Source: Pseudomonadales bacterium (GTDB lineage Bacteria; Pseudomonadota; Gammaproteobacteria; Pseudomonadales; UBA5518). From it: a stretch of DNA of 64,000 nt. Every line of letters begins with the position of its first letter. The first letter of the stretch is position 1. The stretch covers positions 213,707-277,706 of the forward strand of contig JACKOP010000001.1 in NCBI GenBank assembly GCA_024234165.1. The letters are read 5' to 3'. Shown here piece after piece: positions 62,155 to 64,000 of this stretch. The position numbers were made by a program, and so were the translations under genes. The notes under the pieces were generated by a model. It had not been told where the DNA came from and made no database searches. It saw only the letters and a list, made by a program, of their open reading frames with translations.

Positions 62155-62961
62155 ATGAAGGGCAGCAGCCGGGGCCGGAAAAGGATCCGGCCCCGCAGTG
62201 TGCGCAAACCGCAACCCGCCCGCACGCAGCCCGCTCCTCCCGAGGAGCCGGCTCGTGGCGAGTCGGCACTCGGCAGCCTGCTCGGCAGCCTGGGTGGATT
62301 GACGACCGACCTGACCAGTTCGGCCTGGCGTCTCGCGTCACGCACCCGCGACAGCGCTGCCCGTGTCATCGCACGTACGCCGGAGCAGTTGCGCATGATG
62401 GCAAGGGCTGGTGAATCGCTGCGCGACATACGCAAAGTTGCCGGCATGACGGCAACCGAAATCAGTGCGGCGCTGAACCTGCGCGACAAGAACGCCTGGG
62501 AGGCGATCGAGAGCGGACGCGAAGTCATTTCCTTCGAACTGATCCTGCGACTCGCTTCGCTGGTTGCACGCAATGATCCGCTGCCGTTCGTGTTGAAGTA
62601 CACGCGTACCTATCACCCACGGCTGTGGGAAATCCTGCACGAATTGAAGATCGACAGGTTGCCGTTGCAGTTCGAGCGCGAACGCAACTTCATCAATATC
62701 TATCGCCGTCACGACGCAGCGCGCACGCTTTCCGACGCAAACTTCGACCACGTGCTGCAGTTCACCCGGCAGGCCTTCGATCTCGCGATGCAATTCATCT
62801 TGCGAGCCGATCAGCCTGCGTCGGCAGAGTCACCGGACAGTGACGACGAGGCCCGCGACGACAGCGAGTCCATCGAGGACGACGAACACCCGCGTCCCGC
62901 TGCACGGCGCGCACCAATGCGCAAGCGCCGCAGCACCGCACGTCGCCCCTCACGTGGCTGA
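62155..62961 (+). CDS. Hypothetical protein with central XRE-like HTH and highly charged termini
   Basis: The start is ATG 62155 (MKGSSRGRKRIRPRS...). The central segment LRDIRKVAGMTATEISAALNLRDKNAWEAIESGREVISFELILRLASL looks HTH-like. The tail is first acidic and then basic. Confidence 0.5.
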   Translation: MKGSSRGRKRIRPRSVRKPQPARTQPAPPEEPARGESALGSLLGSLGGLTTDLTSSAWRLASRTRDSAARVIARTPEQLRMMARAGESLRDIRKVAGMTATEISAALNLRDKNAWEAIESGREVISFELILRLASLVARNDPLPFVLKYTRTYHPRLWEILHELKIDRLPLQFERERNFINIYRRHDAARTLSDANFDHVLQFTRQAFDLAMQFILRADQPASAESPDSDDEARDDSESIEDDEHPRPAARRAPMRKRRSTARRPSRG

Positions 62962-62979
62962 GTCGCTTCCCCTTGCTGG

Positions 62980-64000
<1,021 letters not shown>

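Overview
This is a GC-rich chromosomal window, probably from a gammaproteobacterium. That guess rests on dnaQ-rnhA-methyltransferase-gloB-mltD synteny, a split nrdJa/nrdJb and a fimL-like gene. I support about 50 protein-coding genes and saw no rRNA, tRNA or CRISPR array. All domain calls come from reading the translations by eye, with no database search, and start codons are my best choices where they differ from the ORF track.

**Main locus (1-15263).** This is a complete Lap-type, c-di-GMP-gated type I secretion adhesin system. It has a TolC-like OMP (partial), lapG, lapD, a 2291-aa LapA-architecture cargo, an embedded LuxR-type regulator, an HlyD-type MFP and an ABC exporter. The cargo is atypical: 1557 of its 2291 residues (nt 5756-10426) are 519 uninterrupted Thr-Thr-(Ala/Pro) tripeptides where folded Ig-like extender repeats are normally found. 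This is my lead candidate for something undescribed.

**Rest of the window:**
- tal, an M14-like peptidase, and split class II RNR genes with tandem NrdR boxes.
- An EEP-family nuclease/phosphatase.
- An orphan 817-aa multidomain protein with a C-terminal APH-like kinase fold, directly downstream of a solo dnaE2 that carries a perfect LexA box.
- A small decayed mobile islet: integrase fragment, IS3 remnant, HxlR/thioredoxin-like pair and a truncated GFA gene.
- A catabolic block: DUF1254/1214, FAD oxidase, MFS, and a covalently fused tandem family-III CoA-transferase.
- A TonB-receptor operon encoding three consecutive c-heme-motif proteins, including a PQQ dehydrogenase with an N-terminal cytochrome c domain, divergent from an arylsulfatase.
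- P450, gloA, DUF47-PiT, NfeD-SPFH, an AMACR-like CoA-transferase, mobA, sohB, the fimL-like gene, dnaQ, rnhA, gloB, mltD, and ppsA (partial).
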